Assembly (NCBI GenBank): GCA_965240325.2
Contig: OZ251248.1
Location: forward strand, 558,001 to 622,000
Source: Rebecca billardiae RCC1528
Taxonomy: Eukaryota > Protista > Haptophyta
DNA length: 64,000 nt
Direction: 5' to 3'
Part shown: piece after piece, positions 38,761 to 50,872 of the stretch
Layout: every line of letters starts with the position of its first letter
Numbering within the stretch: the stretch's first letter is position 1
Position numbers and translations under genes: made by a program
The notes under the pieces: generated by a model
Told to the model about the DNA's origin: nothing
Database searches by the model: none
Seen by the model: the letters and a program-made list of their open reading frames with translations, nothing else

Positions 38761-39147
38761 CGTGCCCAATCTCCAGTGCTCACTCATTCTATGATTTAAC
38801 GACGGGCCGGCGTCGTTCGACTTTGGAACGAATTTCGATCGCGCGTCGGCCAAATTCCAAAATCCGCCGCGCTTCGCTCATCCAAGGCTCCGGTCGTCGG
38901 CCCGTCCGGGCAATTGCCAATTCGACATCATCGCAGCAGACACTTCATCACGAGTCGTAGTAACATTAACTACAACATCCATCCTCATCTGGCGGCTGCG
39001 TCGAGCCGGGGCCCCGCGCGTGCGCCCGGCGCCGGCAACCGTTGAGCACTCAAGTTGCCGCCCACATGGCACATCACTGGCATCAGCCCGCCAGCCGCGC
39101 GCACGAACACCCGCGTGGCGCGCGAGCCGCCCCGCGGCTGCCCGCGC

Positions 39148-42100
39148 TCAGTGGCTGGGCGGCGGCGTGGGCGGCTGCGACGACGTCTCGAGCACGATCG
39201 TCACGCGCTTGGACGACGACGCCATCGAGCCCACGTCCGACGCCTCAGGCGACGACGAGCGCTCGTCGGCCACGCCCACCTCCGAGCCCGCGTCCGAGGG
39301 CGTGGACGGGTAGGAGGCGGGGCGGCCGGCCGCGCTCGCGCCGCTGGCGGACGCGTCGTCGTCGTCGGGCAGCGCGAGCTCGGCGAGGGCCAGACCCGTC
39401 GGCATCGTGACCGAGCTGTTCGAGCCGCGCCGCTCGCGCGGCGGCCCCGGCGCCGATCCGCCCGCACGCGGCGGCGAGCTGGCGGCTCGGGCGACGGCGG
39501 GGGCTGACTTGCGCGCCGCGCGCATGCCGGTGGCGACAGGCGGGGTGAGGCGGCTCGCCGCGCTGCCGCTGTTGCCCGCGCTGGAGGCGGCGGCGGCGGC
39601 GCGGCCGGCGGCGCTGCCGCGCCGCGAGCCGTTCGGCGCGGCGCCTGCGCCCGCGCCCGCGCCGCCGCCGCCCGCGTCCGACGAGCGACGCCTGCCGGTG
39701 CCGCGGGAGCCGCCGGGTCCGCCGCGGTTGCTGTTGCGCACGAGCGTGGCGAGGTCGGAGCGGATGCTGCTGATCGAGGCGTGCAGCGCGTGCCGCAGCT
39801 CGTGCACCTGCGAGTGCACCAGCCTGAGCTGCTCGGTCATCGACATGTCGCCGAACTGCACCGTCACCGCCGGCGGCGGCTCCGAGCCGTACACGCCGAG
39901 CGAGCGGCGCCGCAGCTTGTCGGCAAACGTGCGCGCTGACTGGCGCTTGTTGAGCTCGCGCAGCGAGAGCGCGTCCAGCCGGTCCGCCTCGGTGAGCGGC
40001 TCGGCGTCGGCCTCGCCCTCGGGCGCGGGCTCGGCCGGGGGCTCGGCGGTCGAGTCCGCCGCCGCGCCGCGCCCCCACGAGCGGAAGCCGCGCCGGGCCG
40101 GCGAGCGCGGGTGGGGCGATCGCTGCCGCGCCGGCGAGGGCTCGCGCGAGCGGACCGTCACGGCGCGCGGCGCGCGCTGCGAGGCGCGCCGCGCCGCCGA
40201 GCCGGTGAAGCGGCCGATCGCGGTGCCGCTGCCCATCGCGCCGGTGCCGCCGGCGCTGCCGAACCCGCGCCCGCCGCCGCCGCCGCCACCCCCGCCGCCG
40301 CCGCCCCCGCCGCCGCCCTCCGCGCCGCCGCCGCCGCCGCCCTCGACCGCGGCGGCCATGTCGGACTCGGCCGTGCCGCGGCGCGTGATCGAGCGGTGCA
40401 GCGTGTTGCCCGCGGACGAGGCGGCGATGCGGCGGAGCTTGCCGAGCTGGCCGCCGACGGCGTGGCCGGCGCTGGTCTGGCGGTACGCCGCCTGCACCTC
40501 CGCCTGCAGCTCGCGCGCGCGCAGCTCCGTCGCCGCGCGCACCGCCTGCGCCCAGTCCGGGTGCTCGTCGCACAGCCGGCGGAAGCGGCGCGTGTTGAGC
40601 ACCAGGCAGTCCGCCCAGCGCACCGCCTGCACCGCAAACGTGTACGCGGCGCCGACGGCCGAGCCGGCGGGCGAGGCGGGGTTGGGCGGCGGCGCGGGGT
40701 TGGGCGGCGAGGGCTGCGCCGTGCTCGGCGGCGCGCGCCACGCCCGCCCGCCGCCCTCCGAGCCGCCGCCGCCCGCCGGCGGCGCCGGGTCGAGCGGCTG
40801 GCCGAACACGTCGGGCGAGGTGAGGCGCGTCACCTCCGCGTGCGCGTGGTGCGCCGAGTCGTACGAGAGCACGATGCGCACCGAGCCGTAGGTGAGGAAG
40901 AAGGCCTCCTGCACGGGCTCGCCCACGCGCACGAGCAGCTCGTCCGGCACGAACGTGCGGATCTCGAGGTACGCGCACAGCTTCTCCGTCGACTTGGCGC
41001 CGAGCGCGCGGAAGAGCGGGATGCGCGTCGCGTGCTCGACGACCGTCGAGAGCCGCAGCTCGGCGCGCAGCCTCGGCGGCAGCCCGTCGAGGATGGCGTC
41101 CTCGTTGAGCGTGTTGTGGTCGAGGTGGCGCTGCATGTACGTGCGCACGCGGCGCGCCAGCTCGGGCGGCACCTTCGCCTTGCGCAGGTACGCCTGCAGC
41201 TGCTGCAGCCGCTGCCGGCGCAGCATGGACGCGTAGTTGTGCGACTGCACCATGCTCGACATCGTGCCCGTCATGTACGCAAACGCGGTCGCGCCAAACA
41301 GCATGCCGAAGCAGGCGAAGGCGACCTCCACGTCGGTGGAGGGCGTGATGTCGCCGTACCCCACGGTCGAGAGCGTCGCGAGCGCCCAGTACAGCGAGTA
41401 CAGGTACTTCTGCTCCGTGGGCAGGCCGGCGATCTCGTCGCCGCCCGCGCCCGCCAGCCCCGAGTAGTCCCACGCCTCGAGCCAGCCCGCGGGGCTGGCC
41501 GGGTCGAGCAGCGTGCCGCACGCGTACCACGCGCACGCGACGAGGTGCGCGAGGAAGAGCACGGCGAGCAGCATCTGCAGCACGCTGAGCAGCCCGCCCG
41601 ACAGGTTCGTCTTCTCCTCCAGCGCGGAGAACAGCGTCTGCATCTTGAGCATCCGCATGATCTTGACGAGCCGCAGCAGCCGGATCAGCCGCAGCGCAGA
41701 GACGGACGCGATCAGCGCGCGGATGGTCGGGTCGCGCTCGATGGTGAGCCAGAGGATGAGCTCGACGGGGATCGCGGCGAGCAGGTCGAAGAACAGCCAG
41801 CCCGACGCGTACGCGCGCGCGATCTTCCGCCGGTCCGTCACGACGCGGTCGGAGATCTCGATCGCCGTGTTGAAGTTGAGCGCCACGTCCGCGATGAAGA
41901 ACATGTCGGTGATCAGCTCGAACCAGAGGATGCCCGTCGGGCCGGTTTCGGCGTCCCAGTTGAACGCGATGCGGATCGGCGTGACCGCCAGCGTGTACGT
42001 CACGATGGCGAACAGCACGACGTCCTGCGCGCGGAGCGGAGTGGAGCGCAGCGGAGCGGAGCGGCGGCGGCGGCACGCGCGGCGTCAGCGGCGGCGGCGG

Positions 42101-42581
42101 CACGCGCGGCGGTGGCCGCGCGTGCGCCGGCACACAGATGCGCCATGTCCCCCTCGCGCGCCGCGCGCCGCGCCGCCGCGCGCACCCAGCCCTGCCTGAA
42201 GTAGGCGTCCGGCATGAGCACGAGCTTGTGCTCGGCCGGCGGGCGCGCGACAAGCGACTTGAGCTGCTCCTTGGTCATGACGGAGCCGTTGACCATCATG
42301 ATGTCGCCGTCGCGCTTTACCTTCGTCTGCATCTTGCGCATCTTCGCCGGCGTCAGCGGCGTGTTGAACAACGAGCGCGCGGGCGAGGGCGGTACTTCCG
42401 CCGGGCTGACGCTCGCGCGGGGGGCGGCGCCCCCCGGGGATGCGGCGCCTGACAATGACTCGGGCAGGGCGAAGCTGTTGCGCTTCTCCGGGCTCGCCGC
42501 ACTCTCGCTCTCCCCCGCCGGGCCGCCGCTGCCCACCTCCTGCAGCGGCAGCGGGCGTATGCTCGCGCCGCCCCTCATCAT
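39148..42581 (-). CDS. 6-TM voltage-gated K+ channel of the cyclic-nucleotide-binding-domain family (KCNH/CNG/HCN-like)
   Basis: S4 LRLIRLLRLVKIMRMLK; pore LSTVGYGDITP; C-linker and CNBD. Intron 42025-42185 joins YFRQGW to DVVLFAIV. Confidence 0.92.
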
Positions 42582-42908
42582 ACTGCGGTCGTGCGCAAGC
42601 AGGCCATCGTTCGTGAGCGGGCGTTCGTGAGCATAACAGCAGCTCGGAGCCCGCCCGCGAGATCGATGTGTCACAATCATGTGACCTTTCGTACCCGCCG
42701 CTCGGTTCGAAGTCGTCCGCGAGCCCGCCGAGTCTACTAGCAGACTATTTATCATACTCGGACGTAAAGTACGAAACGAATTACGCTAGATACCCGCGAG
42801 CACTCAACCGTAAACCGGCCTATTTCAGACTGGGGGGCCTTGGTCGACGAGACGAGTAGGCAGGCCGCTCTCGTTCGGCGTGCATCAACGTGGGCGGCGC
42901 CGCGCGAC

Positions 42909-43797
42909 ATGCAGCTGGACAAGCGAGCGCTCGAGCTGCGCGCGCAGGGCAAGGGCGCGCCGTTGACGATGCAGGTGCACGGCCGGCAGGTTAACGTCGA
43001 GCACATCCCCGCCGAACCCTCGATGTACGGGCTCGCGCGCGAGTGGCTCGTCGGCAGCCCGCACCGGCCGATGGCTGCGCGCGCGAGCGGGCCGCCGCTC
43101 AATCACGTGCAGCTGCCGCCGCCGCTGCCGCGGGCGGCGGAGTCGTCTACGCGTCTTTTGCCCGCCAAACGCCCGCGCCAGGAGCTGCGCGAGACCGTCG
43201 CCTCGCCCGGGCTGATCCTGGACCACCACGTGCAGCGGTGCCGCGACGTGCGCGCGTGGGCCAAGGTCCGGCGGCGGCGCATGCTCGAGCGCTTCAGGTG
43301 CGCGGCTGCCTCGCGCGCGCGGCACGGGCGAGCGCACACGCCCGCGCCCGCGGCTCACGCCCGCCCCCGCGCGCCCCGTCCCCGCGCGCCGCAGGCCGCG
43401 GCTGCTCAAGCTGCTGTGCGGCGGGCAGGGCCTCTCGGACGCCCACACGCCGATGCCCGTGCAGCTCAACCAGATCGAGCTGGGCGCGGTGCCGCCGGGC
43501 GCCGAGGGCGCGGTGGCGTCGGAGGGGGTGGCGGGTGGTGCCGCGGGCGCGGGCGCGGCCGGCGCGCCCGCGACCGAGCGCGCCGAGCCGGACGCCGCGC
43601 AGCCCGCGGGCGCGCCCGCGGCGGCAGTGGCCGAGAACGGGCCGGGCGGCGCAGGCGCAGGCGGCGCCGAGACGGCCGAGGGCGCGAGCGTGGGCACTGA
43701 GCGGGGCGCAGAGGGTGAGCTGCCCTCGCGCGCTGCCATGGCGGACACATCGGCGGGGCATCATGCGTTGGAGCAGCCGCTTGACGAGCAGCCGTAG
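42909..43797 (+). CDS. LIN37: LIN37-like DREAM/MuvB complex subunit
   Basis: VHGRQVNVEHIPAEPSMYGLAREWLVGSP, LPPP and LILDHHVQRCRDVRAWAKVRRRRMLERFRPRLLKLL resemble the conserved LIN37 blocks (recognised from memory). Intron 43298-43394. Confidence 0.7.
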
Positions 43798-44264
43798 TAG
43801 GCCCAGTCGTCGCGGCGCGGAGCCGCGGCTGAGTGCCGGACGACTACTACGGGCCCTGAGCACCAATCATTCCAGCAGCATGACGACCCGCACAGTGACA
43901 CCGCCTGCTCAGCCTCAGCCGCACGGCGCGCCGGCCACTAGTGACCGGCGGACCGCGGCATTAAGATTTAATAAGGCCGCAGGGCCGGCGCGCGCCGGCC
44001 GGCCGCGTCGGGCCACTTCATTGCGGCGGAAACTTGCAACCGCGGCCAACCCGACTGACGGCGCGCGGGCACGGATCCGGGATCGGCGCGCAGCCCGCGG
44101 ACGAGCCGCCGACCGGCCAGCACATGCCAATCGGGGGTAGTAGGGAGAGGTTCCGCTGTGGCGTATGGCCCGCTTGGGTGACTTCCGCTCGGTTCGATCA
44201 GAATGGCACCAGTCGTCGCCACTTGCAGGCTGCTGTGCAACCGAATCAGTAGTAGTAGCAGCCT

Positions 44265-47145
44265 TCATTGATGCTTGTGGGTGGACCGAAGCCGGAGCCC
44301 TGGAGCGCGCTCAAGCCAAGCCCTGCGGATGTCATCTTGGGCGGAGGTGGTGAAGGCATTGCCACTATGCACGACGGGGCAGACCGCACGGGCGGACAGG
44401 GCCGCCGCGTGACACTGTGAGACTGAGGCAGAGGCGCGGTCGCTCGGCTCGGCTGTTGGCGCAACGCACGGCAGCGAGCTGGTGCACACACCTGAGGTCG
44501 AGCTCCTCAAGACCTTCGTTGTGGCGCAGCATGTCAACAATCTCTGGGGCGATCTCGTCAGTGAGCAAATTCCGCCTGCAGGCAGGATGAGGAGAGGGAG
44601 GCATGTTTGCAGCCACACACACATCAGCGCTGAGCACGGGTGGTCGGGGAGCAGGGCGCGCCGCGTGTGCGGCGCAGCGCGCGCTCACGAGAGATCGAGC
44701 ACCCTCAGGCTGCAGCCCCCACCAGTCGCCACATTGAAGGCGGCGACGGCGTCATCGTACATCTTAGGATACACCCTGCAACGCGGGCGATCGAGCGGTG
44801 GGGGCACGTCGTGAGGAGTGCGCGATGAGCATGCATCCATCACTCCCCTCTGCAGCACCGTGCGACGCGGTGCTGCACGCACTCATTCGCGAGGGGAGTC
44901 TCGTAGACTGCCTCGCCCAAGTTGGACCCGTAGGATGCGGCGTTGTTGACGGCCCTGCAAGCGAGGCGGCGAGGCACGTGAGTCAAGTGCTGCCAGCGCG
45001 TGCCGCCCCATCACGGCCCAGCGCACGCGCAGCTGTACACATCACGGGCAGCGCGTGCGTGCGCGCACTCGTTCATGACTTGCTCTATGCCGTCCGCCGA
45101 ACGCTCCCACGCACGCACCAGCTTGAGGTCGACTTCGTAGGCGCCGAAAGCGATGTCGATTGGGGCTTCAGCCTCGTACACGGGGTCAACGAAGCGTGAG
45201 CCGCCCGGCATGTCGGTATGCGTGAGGCCGTACAGGTCAGTGGAACCGGTCAGCACGTCCTTGGCATCCTTGCCCAGATCAGAGAGGGCGTAGCCAACGG
45301 CTGCTGTCTCATCGATGACCAGGGTGTCGAGCGCCTCCGATTCGTACAGGCTCTGGCCCACGAGCTTGGCTGCCTCCGCGACGGCCGAAATCTCCCGCCC
45401 GGCGAATGTCAGCAAGGGGCTCTCGCCTGCGTCCTGGTCCCCAACCAGGTCCATCTCCACGTACTCGCCCGCATGAGCAAGGTAACCGCCAGCGTCGTGA
45501 ACTGCCTTCTTGAGATCATCGCGAAGCGGGACATAATTGCTGACGTCCGATCCGAGGCGAGCAGCTCCAGCAGACAAGAGGTCGGCCTCCTCCGTCAATG
45601 TCGTGACCAGCGGCTGCTGCTTGGCCCAGATGTCACCTGCATGCACAAAGTCGTTACCAGCTCTGCGATGGGGGGAGGCGAGGGCGACGAGCAGTGCGGT
45701 ACATGCGCTCAATCAGCAAGCTGGACGATAGCCCGCGCAAGAGGGACGCACGGAGCGCGTGGCGCAAGCCGGTGCGCTGCGCTCACTTCTGCCCAAACTG
45801 CGCCACATGAGCCGTACCGAGGTCTTTGCCTACCTGCTTCTGGGCGTAGCTGGCCGTGTAGTAAAGCCTGTGCGGGGGAGACATTGTGTTAAGCAAGCTG
45901 GAGGGCATGCACGCAGATGGCAGTCGGCATCGCACATTGCACGCACAGTTCAGTCACACCAGAGTCCCCAACCTCGCTCAGCGCAGCTTCCATCTTGCCC
46001 ACCGGCTTCATCAAATGGGAGCCAAGCTCGTCAGCGCCTGAAGATGCTGAGAGGGAGTCGGCCAGCTTGGACGCGGCTGGGAGGCCGTTGTAGGCAATGT
46101 CGGCGACAGCTGCCCCTGGGCTCACGCCGATGACTTCGTGAGTGAGCTCGGCGACGTCGCCGATGGCATACATGAGCGCAGCCGCCTCATCGGTCACGAA
46201 GGTCTGCACGTCCTCAGATGAGTGCATCTCATCTCCGAGGACAGAGATGCCATCCAGCACAGCCGATGCCTCATCCGACACAAACTTGAGCAGCGCGCCG
46301 TGGGGGCTGCCTTTGCCCAGATCGTCGTTGATGGGATCGGGCATGCCAGAAGCTGCAAGCCCGACTGTCGAGATCTCAGAGCCCACCGCATCCAGTGCAT
46401 CTTCATCGTGAGAGAGGAGCTTGCCGACGTTTTGCATACTGTCAGCCACCACCTGTGCCTCAGCGTCCACCAGCTCGAGCACAGAGCCCGGGTCGCGAAT
46501 GGCAGCGAGGAAACGGCGAGCGCTGGCATCGGTCAAGCCACAGCCAGCCATCTTGAACGTGTCGATGTCTTGATTATCCACGAGGAACGGGGCGAGCTGA
46601 CGCGCTGCACGCAGGCTGACAAAGTTGTCAGAGATGTCCACATCTGTCTTGCCCTCCATGTACCAGCTGACTGCCTGGAACTCCCTGTAGTTGAGGTCCT
46701 GCCCGGGCAAGCTAATCGTGTTGCCCTCACTCAGCAGGTCGTAGAAGCCCGAGCGTGTATCAGGCGGATAAGGTGGGGCCGGTGGGATAGCCGGCGGGGG
46801 AGGCGGGGATGGCGGACGGGTGTGTGGCGGTGGCGGAGTTGACTCGCCACGCTGTCCAAGGGGTGGAGGCGGAGGGAACTGGCGATCCTGTCCCGACGGC
46901 GGAGGCGGCTGATACACCCACCATGGTGACGACGACGAGCTGGCCTTCTCGAGACGACCCGCGTGGGCTGGCTGCGGGCGCCCAAGCGCTCCTTCCTCAG
47001 CAGGCGTGGCAGGCTGCGCGCTTGCCGAGGGGTGAGGAGTCACACCGCTGTTGAGGCGCTCGACGGCGAAGAGAAGCGCGGCCACGGCTAGCAGCGACAC
47101 GCCCGTAACGGTGGCACCCGCCACGACGCGCTTGGTGAGTGGCAT
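44265..47145 (-). CDS. Multi-exon N-terminally anchored RNI-like leucine-rich-repeat protein
   Basis: TM at N-terminus and Pro-rich linker. LRR segments DISDNFVSLRAARQLAPFL, FKMAGCGLTDASARRFL, LRVLDLS, NLLTDEIAPEIVDML..NEGLEELDLR|GNAFT; several GT-AG introns. Confidence 0.7.
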
Positions 47146-47640
47146 GACCGCCCGACGGCCGCCCCGGCCCCCGATGGCGGAAAATGATCGGCAAAGCTCT
47201 CGAGCGAAAATTCAAAATTATTGGCCGGCCGGATGGTCGTTCTTGCGTATCATAGTTGCAACAAGGGAGATATTAAAAAATACGTAGCCGTATGGGGGTA
47301 CACTCATTCTATGATTTAACGACACAGGTCTAGTAAACGTTTACGGCTATCTCCCTTGCTTGCAACCCCACCAAGGGAATGACGCGCACCGGACTGTCTG
47401 TGCGGTCCCTCAGCCGAAAGCCCACGTCCGGCCTGCATGGCGTCGACGGTGACCAATGCGACGGAAGCGCAGCGCCAACGGCGTACGACGCGCAGCGGAC
47501 GCACCTCCCGGGTCTGTCGCCGTGGCAGCAACCGCGTCTTCGTGAGTTGGCGACCCTCCCCACGACACAGACAAGCCCGTGATGCCATCCGCAGAGAGAT
47601 GAATCGTCGAGCATGCAACATTGACGCGCCATCCTCGTCC

Positions 47641-48347
47641 ATGGCGCAGGCGCTGCGGGACGAGGCGGACGTCGTCACGCCGGTGACGGATGCGCTGCGA
47701 GTCGTGTGCTCGCGTGAGCAGCTCGTGCCCACTCTCGATCGCGAGTGGCACACGCTGTCGCTGTGCGCGCGCGCTCGCACAACCAACAGCTCCTCGTGCC
47801 GCCAAACACGCGGGCGCCAGACCTGTCGAAGAGGCGAAGAGCGACGACCGCGTGAACGTCAACGCGCTCGTGCTCAGCCTGGCGGCCATGTACGATGCCA
47901 ACGCGACCTGCGCCGAGCCCATCATGCTCGGAGCGGACATCGGCAAGCATCCTCGCGACGACCGCTCTCGGCTGGCGGCAGGAGGACATGCACACGATCT
48001 ACTCTGGCGGCTTCGTCGGTGGCGAGGCGCTCGATTACGCCATCGCGGTCGATATGCGGCACATACAGCGCGTACCCGCGCTCGCGCGGAGCAACGGGCT
48101 ACCCGCCCCGCCCCGCGTGCTGCACATTATTCCCTCGTGCCGGGTGTGGCCCTCGCTGATGCGCACGGACGCATACCGCACCGTGTGGGAGAACTTCACA
48201 GGTGTCACTGGTCCGACTGTCCGTCACCCGGCCATCAAGAGCGAATGCTGTGGAAAGACGACGCGAACCCGCAGAGGAAACATTGCGACAGCACTGGCAC
48301 GGCCCGCCGACCCCCCCGCCCGCCAGGGCACAGCAGTAGTCGTTTAA
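47641..48347 (+). pseudogene. Possible degenerate endonuclease/exonuclease/phosphatase-like gene
   Basis: PIMLGAD...TIYSGGFVGGEALDYAIAVD...RHPAI loosely resembles the EEP GD(F)N/LDY/SDH motifs but is split across frames. Confidence 0.25.
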
Positions 48348-48572
48348 TATAATTATTACGACTACTTAATATTATATTGAAATTGCCGCGTAAACGACAA
48401 TCAATTATATTATCATCATCATCGTGATCGTCATCACACGGTCCTGTGCGACGTGACGACTAGACTCTGCCCGGCCGATGCGCCGGGCGCGCCGATCACG
48501 ATGGGTCCTGCGTCGGGCGGCGTGGCGGCCGCTCGCAAGACCATCCCGCGCAGTCGTCACGCGACGACTCGG

Positions 48573-50150
48573 TCATGCGATCGTGACCTTGCGCACGAGG
48601 TCGAGGCCGCGCTGCAGCTTGTCGAGCAGCTTGTTCATCGCGCGGTTCTCGGCGTGCACCTTCTTGAGCCGCTTGATCACGTTCTGCACGCCCGCCTCGA
48701 CCGCCGCGTCCTTGGCCGCGTCGCCCTCCTTGGCGAGCCACATCAGGATGGGGACGGCGAGCTCGACGATGCGCACCGAGTCCTCGTGCGCCTGCATGGC
48801 GCGCACCGCCACCTTCACCACGCCCGCCTCGACGACGGTGGCCTCGAGCGGGCCGGTGGCGATGGCGTAGAGGGCGAGCAGCCCCCACTCCTGCACCGCG
48901 ATGTTCGCGCGGTGCGCGTTGAGCGCGTTCACCAGCGCGGCGAGCGCGCCGCCCTCGACCGCGGCCATCCGCGCCGCGTTGCCGCCGAGCAGGATCGCGT
49001 GCATGGCGGCGCAGCCCCACGCCTGCACGGCCGCGTCCTTGGCGTGCGTCTCCATGCCGAGGGCGAGGACACCGAGCACGTTGGACTCGGCGGCGGCCTG
49101 CCGCCGCGACTTGGAGTCGCGCGTGAGCTTCATCAGCGCCGCCGCGCCCTGCTCCTGCACGCGCACGTCGGCGGTGTGCGCGCGCATGCACCGCTCGACC
49201 GTCTGCACGGTCGCGATGCCGATCGTCGCGTTCACCTCCGGCTCCGTCGACTGCGCGAGCGAGCCGAGGGCGCGCACGGCGTGCGCGGCGAGGAGCGGGG
49301 AGCCCTCGTGCGCCTCGCGCGCGGCGAGCAGCGCCGCCAGCCCGCCCTCGCCCACCACCGCGCGCCGCGCGTCGTCCGGCCCCGCGCACAGGTTGGCGAG
49401 CGCCGCGCCGGCCGCGCAGCACGCACTCGGGCTGTGCCCGTGCGCCTCGAGGGTGCGCACGAGGACGGGCACGGCGCGCGCGTCGACGGCGGCGAGGCGG
49501 TGCGCCTCGGAGGGCGCGACGACGGCGGCGAGGGCCGTGCACGCCTCCTCCTGCACGCGCACGTCCACCATGTGCGCGTCCATCAGCGCGACGATCATCT
49601 CGAGCGTGCGCGGCTGCGCGACGCGCGCCGCCGCCTGCTCGGACGCGCTCACGAGCGTGTGCAGCACGCGGCAGCCGAACTCCTGCACGCTCGGGCTCGA
49701 GGCGTGCGCCTTCATCGCGTCGAGGCAGCCCGCGAGCGCCCCCGCGTCCGCCGCCTCGCGCTCGCGCCGCCCGCCCAGCAGCGCGTCCAGCGTCGCGAGG
49801 CACACCTCCTGCACCTCCCAGTTCGAGTCGTGCATCTCCATCGCGCGCGTGACGGCGTGCAGCGCGCCCGCGTCGGCGGCGGCCTGCTTCCGCGTGTTCG
49901 AGTTGGTGGTGAGCGCGGTGAGCGCCTCCGACGCCAGCATCTGCGCGCGCGCGTCGTCCTGGTGCGCCACCATCGCCGCGGTCACCGCGCCGATCGCGCC
50001 GGCGATGAGCGCGTGCTGTCGCGCGTCCTCGGCCGTGCCGCGCTGCGCGATGCTCTGCAGCGCGCGGCACGTGGCGTGCACGTCGTGGGGCGCGTCGAGC
50101 GCCGCGACGAGCTCCGACCAGCCCGCCGCCGCACTCGCGCTCGCGCTCAT
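48573..50150 (-). CDS. Armadillo-repeat protein
   Basis: Repeated ~43-aa units of the type AM.AH..d..VQE.gc.AL..L; single exon. Confidence 0.85.
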   Translation of the reverse strand: MSASASAAAGWSELVAALDAPHDVHATCRALQSIAQRGTAEDARQHALIAGAIGAVTAAMVAHQDDARAQMLASEALTALTTNSNTRKQAAADAGALHAVTRAMEMHDSNWEVQEVCLATLDALLGGRREREAADAGALAGCLDAMKAHASSPSVQEFGCRVLHTLVSASEQAAARVAQPRTLEMIVALMDAHMVDVRVQEEACTALAAVVAPSEAHRLAAVDARAVPVLVRTLEAHGHSPSACCAAGAALANLCAGPDDARRAVVGEGGLAALLAAREAHEGSPLLAAHAVRALGSLAQSTEPEVNATIGIATVQTVERCMRAHTADVRVQEQGAAALMKLTRDSKSRRQAAAESNVLGVLALGMETHAKDAAVQAWGCAAMHAILLGGNAARMAAVEGGALAALVNALNAHRANIAVQEWGLLALYAIATGPLEATVVEAGVVKVAVRAMQAHEDSVRIVELAVPILMWLAKEGDAAKDAAVEAGVQNVIKRLKKVHAENRAMNKLLDKLQRGLDLVRKVTIA

Positions 50151-50398
50151 CGTGCGGGCTGCGCGCGCGGCCGCGTCGCAGCCTGCCGCGGGCGCGGCCG
50201 GGGTGATGTGCAAAGCAAGCAGCGCGTGTTTGCTGGTTTGATGGGTGCACATGTAACGATCAGAAGGCCCGTCGACCGAGTCTGCACCGACGTTACAAAA
50301 AGGCCCGAAAATAAACCCGTCTCGCAGGTCCGGGCCGGCAATCAACGGACGTTGAAAAAAAGGACCGAGCTGACGGCCGTACGCACGCCGACCTTATC

Positions 50399-50872
50399 AT
50401 GCAGTTCACCCACGCCCTCCTCGCGCTCGTGTGCATCGGCGGTGTGACGACGGTCATCGCCGCCGCAAGCCCGTCGGCCCGAGCCGCTGCCGCACGAGCC
50501 ACTCGCCTCCCACGCTGCGCCATGTGCGCCGCCGCTGCACCGATGCCCACGCTGCCCGCAGACGTGGTCAAGTACTCGCAGGTGCCCAAGGACGGGGCCT
50601 TCACGAAGGAGCGCATCCCGTCGGGGCTGCTCAAGGAGCATTCGACCAAGAAGGGCACGTGGGGCCGCATCCAGGTCTCGAGCGGCGAGCTCCGCTACCA
50701 GATCAACGAGGGCGCGCACAAGGGCGTGCACGTGCTGCGCGCGCCCGCGGTCGGCATCATCGAGCCCGCCGTCCACCACGAGGTCAAGCCGCTCACCGAC
50801 GACCTCAAGTTCGTCGTCGAGTTCTTGCGCGTACCGGGCACAGGGCCGGTCGATGAGAAGCGCGAACCGTAG
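50399..50872 (+). CDS. DUF1971 (YeaR / TehB N-terminal-like cupin) with signal plus transit-like leader
   Basis: FTKERIPSGLLKEHSTKKGTWGRIQVSSGELRY...IIEPAVHHEV...FVVEF; hydrophobic signal followed by an Ala/Arg/Ser-rich segment. Confidence 0.8.
   Translation: MQFTHALLALVCIGGVTTVIAAASPSARAAAARATRLPRCAMCAAAAPMPTLPADVVKYSQVPKDGAFTKERIPSGLLKEHSTKKGTWGRIQVSSGELRYQINEGAHKGVHVLRAPAVGIIEPAVHHEVKPLTDDLKFVVEFLRVPGTGPVDEKREP

Noticed and set aside
31034-50447. Many long Arg/Ala-rich overlapping ORFs (e.g. 31447-34248, 39245-42253, 48453-50447)
   Set aside because: Stop-poor alternative frames of very GC-rich genes, with no recognisable domains.
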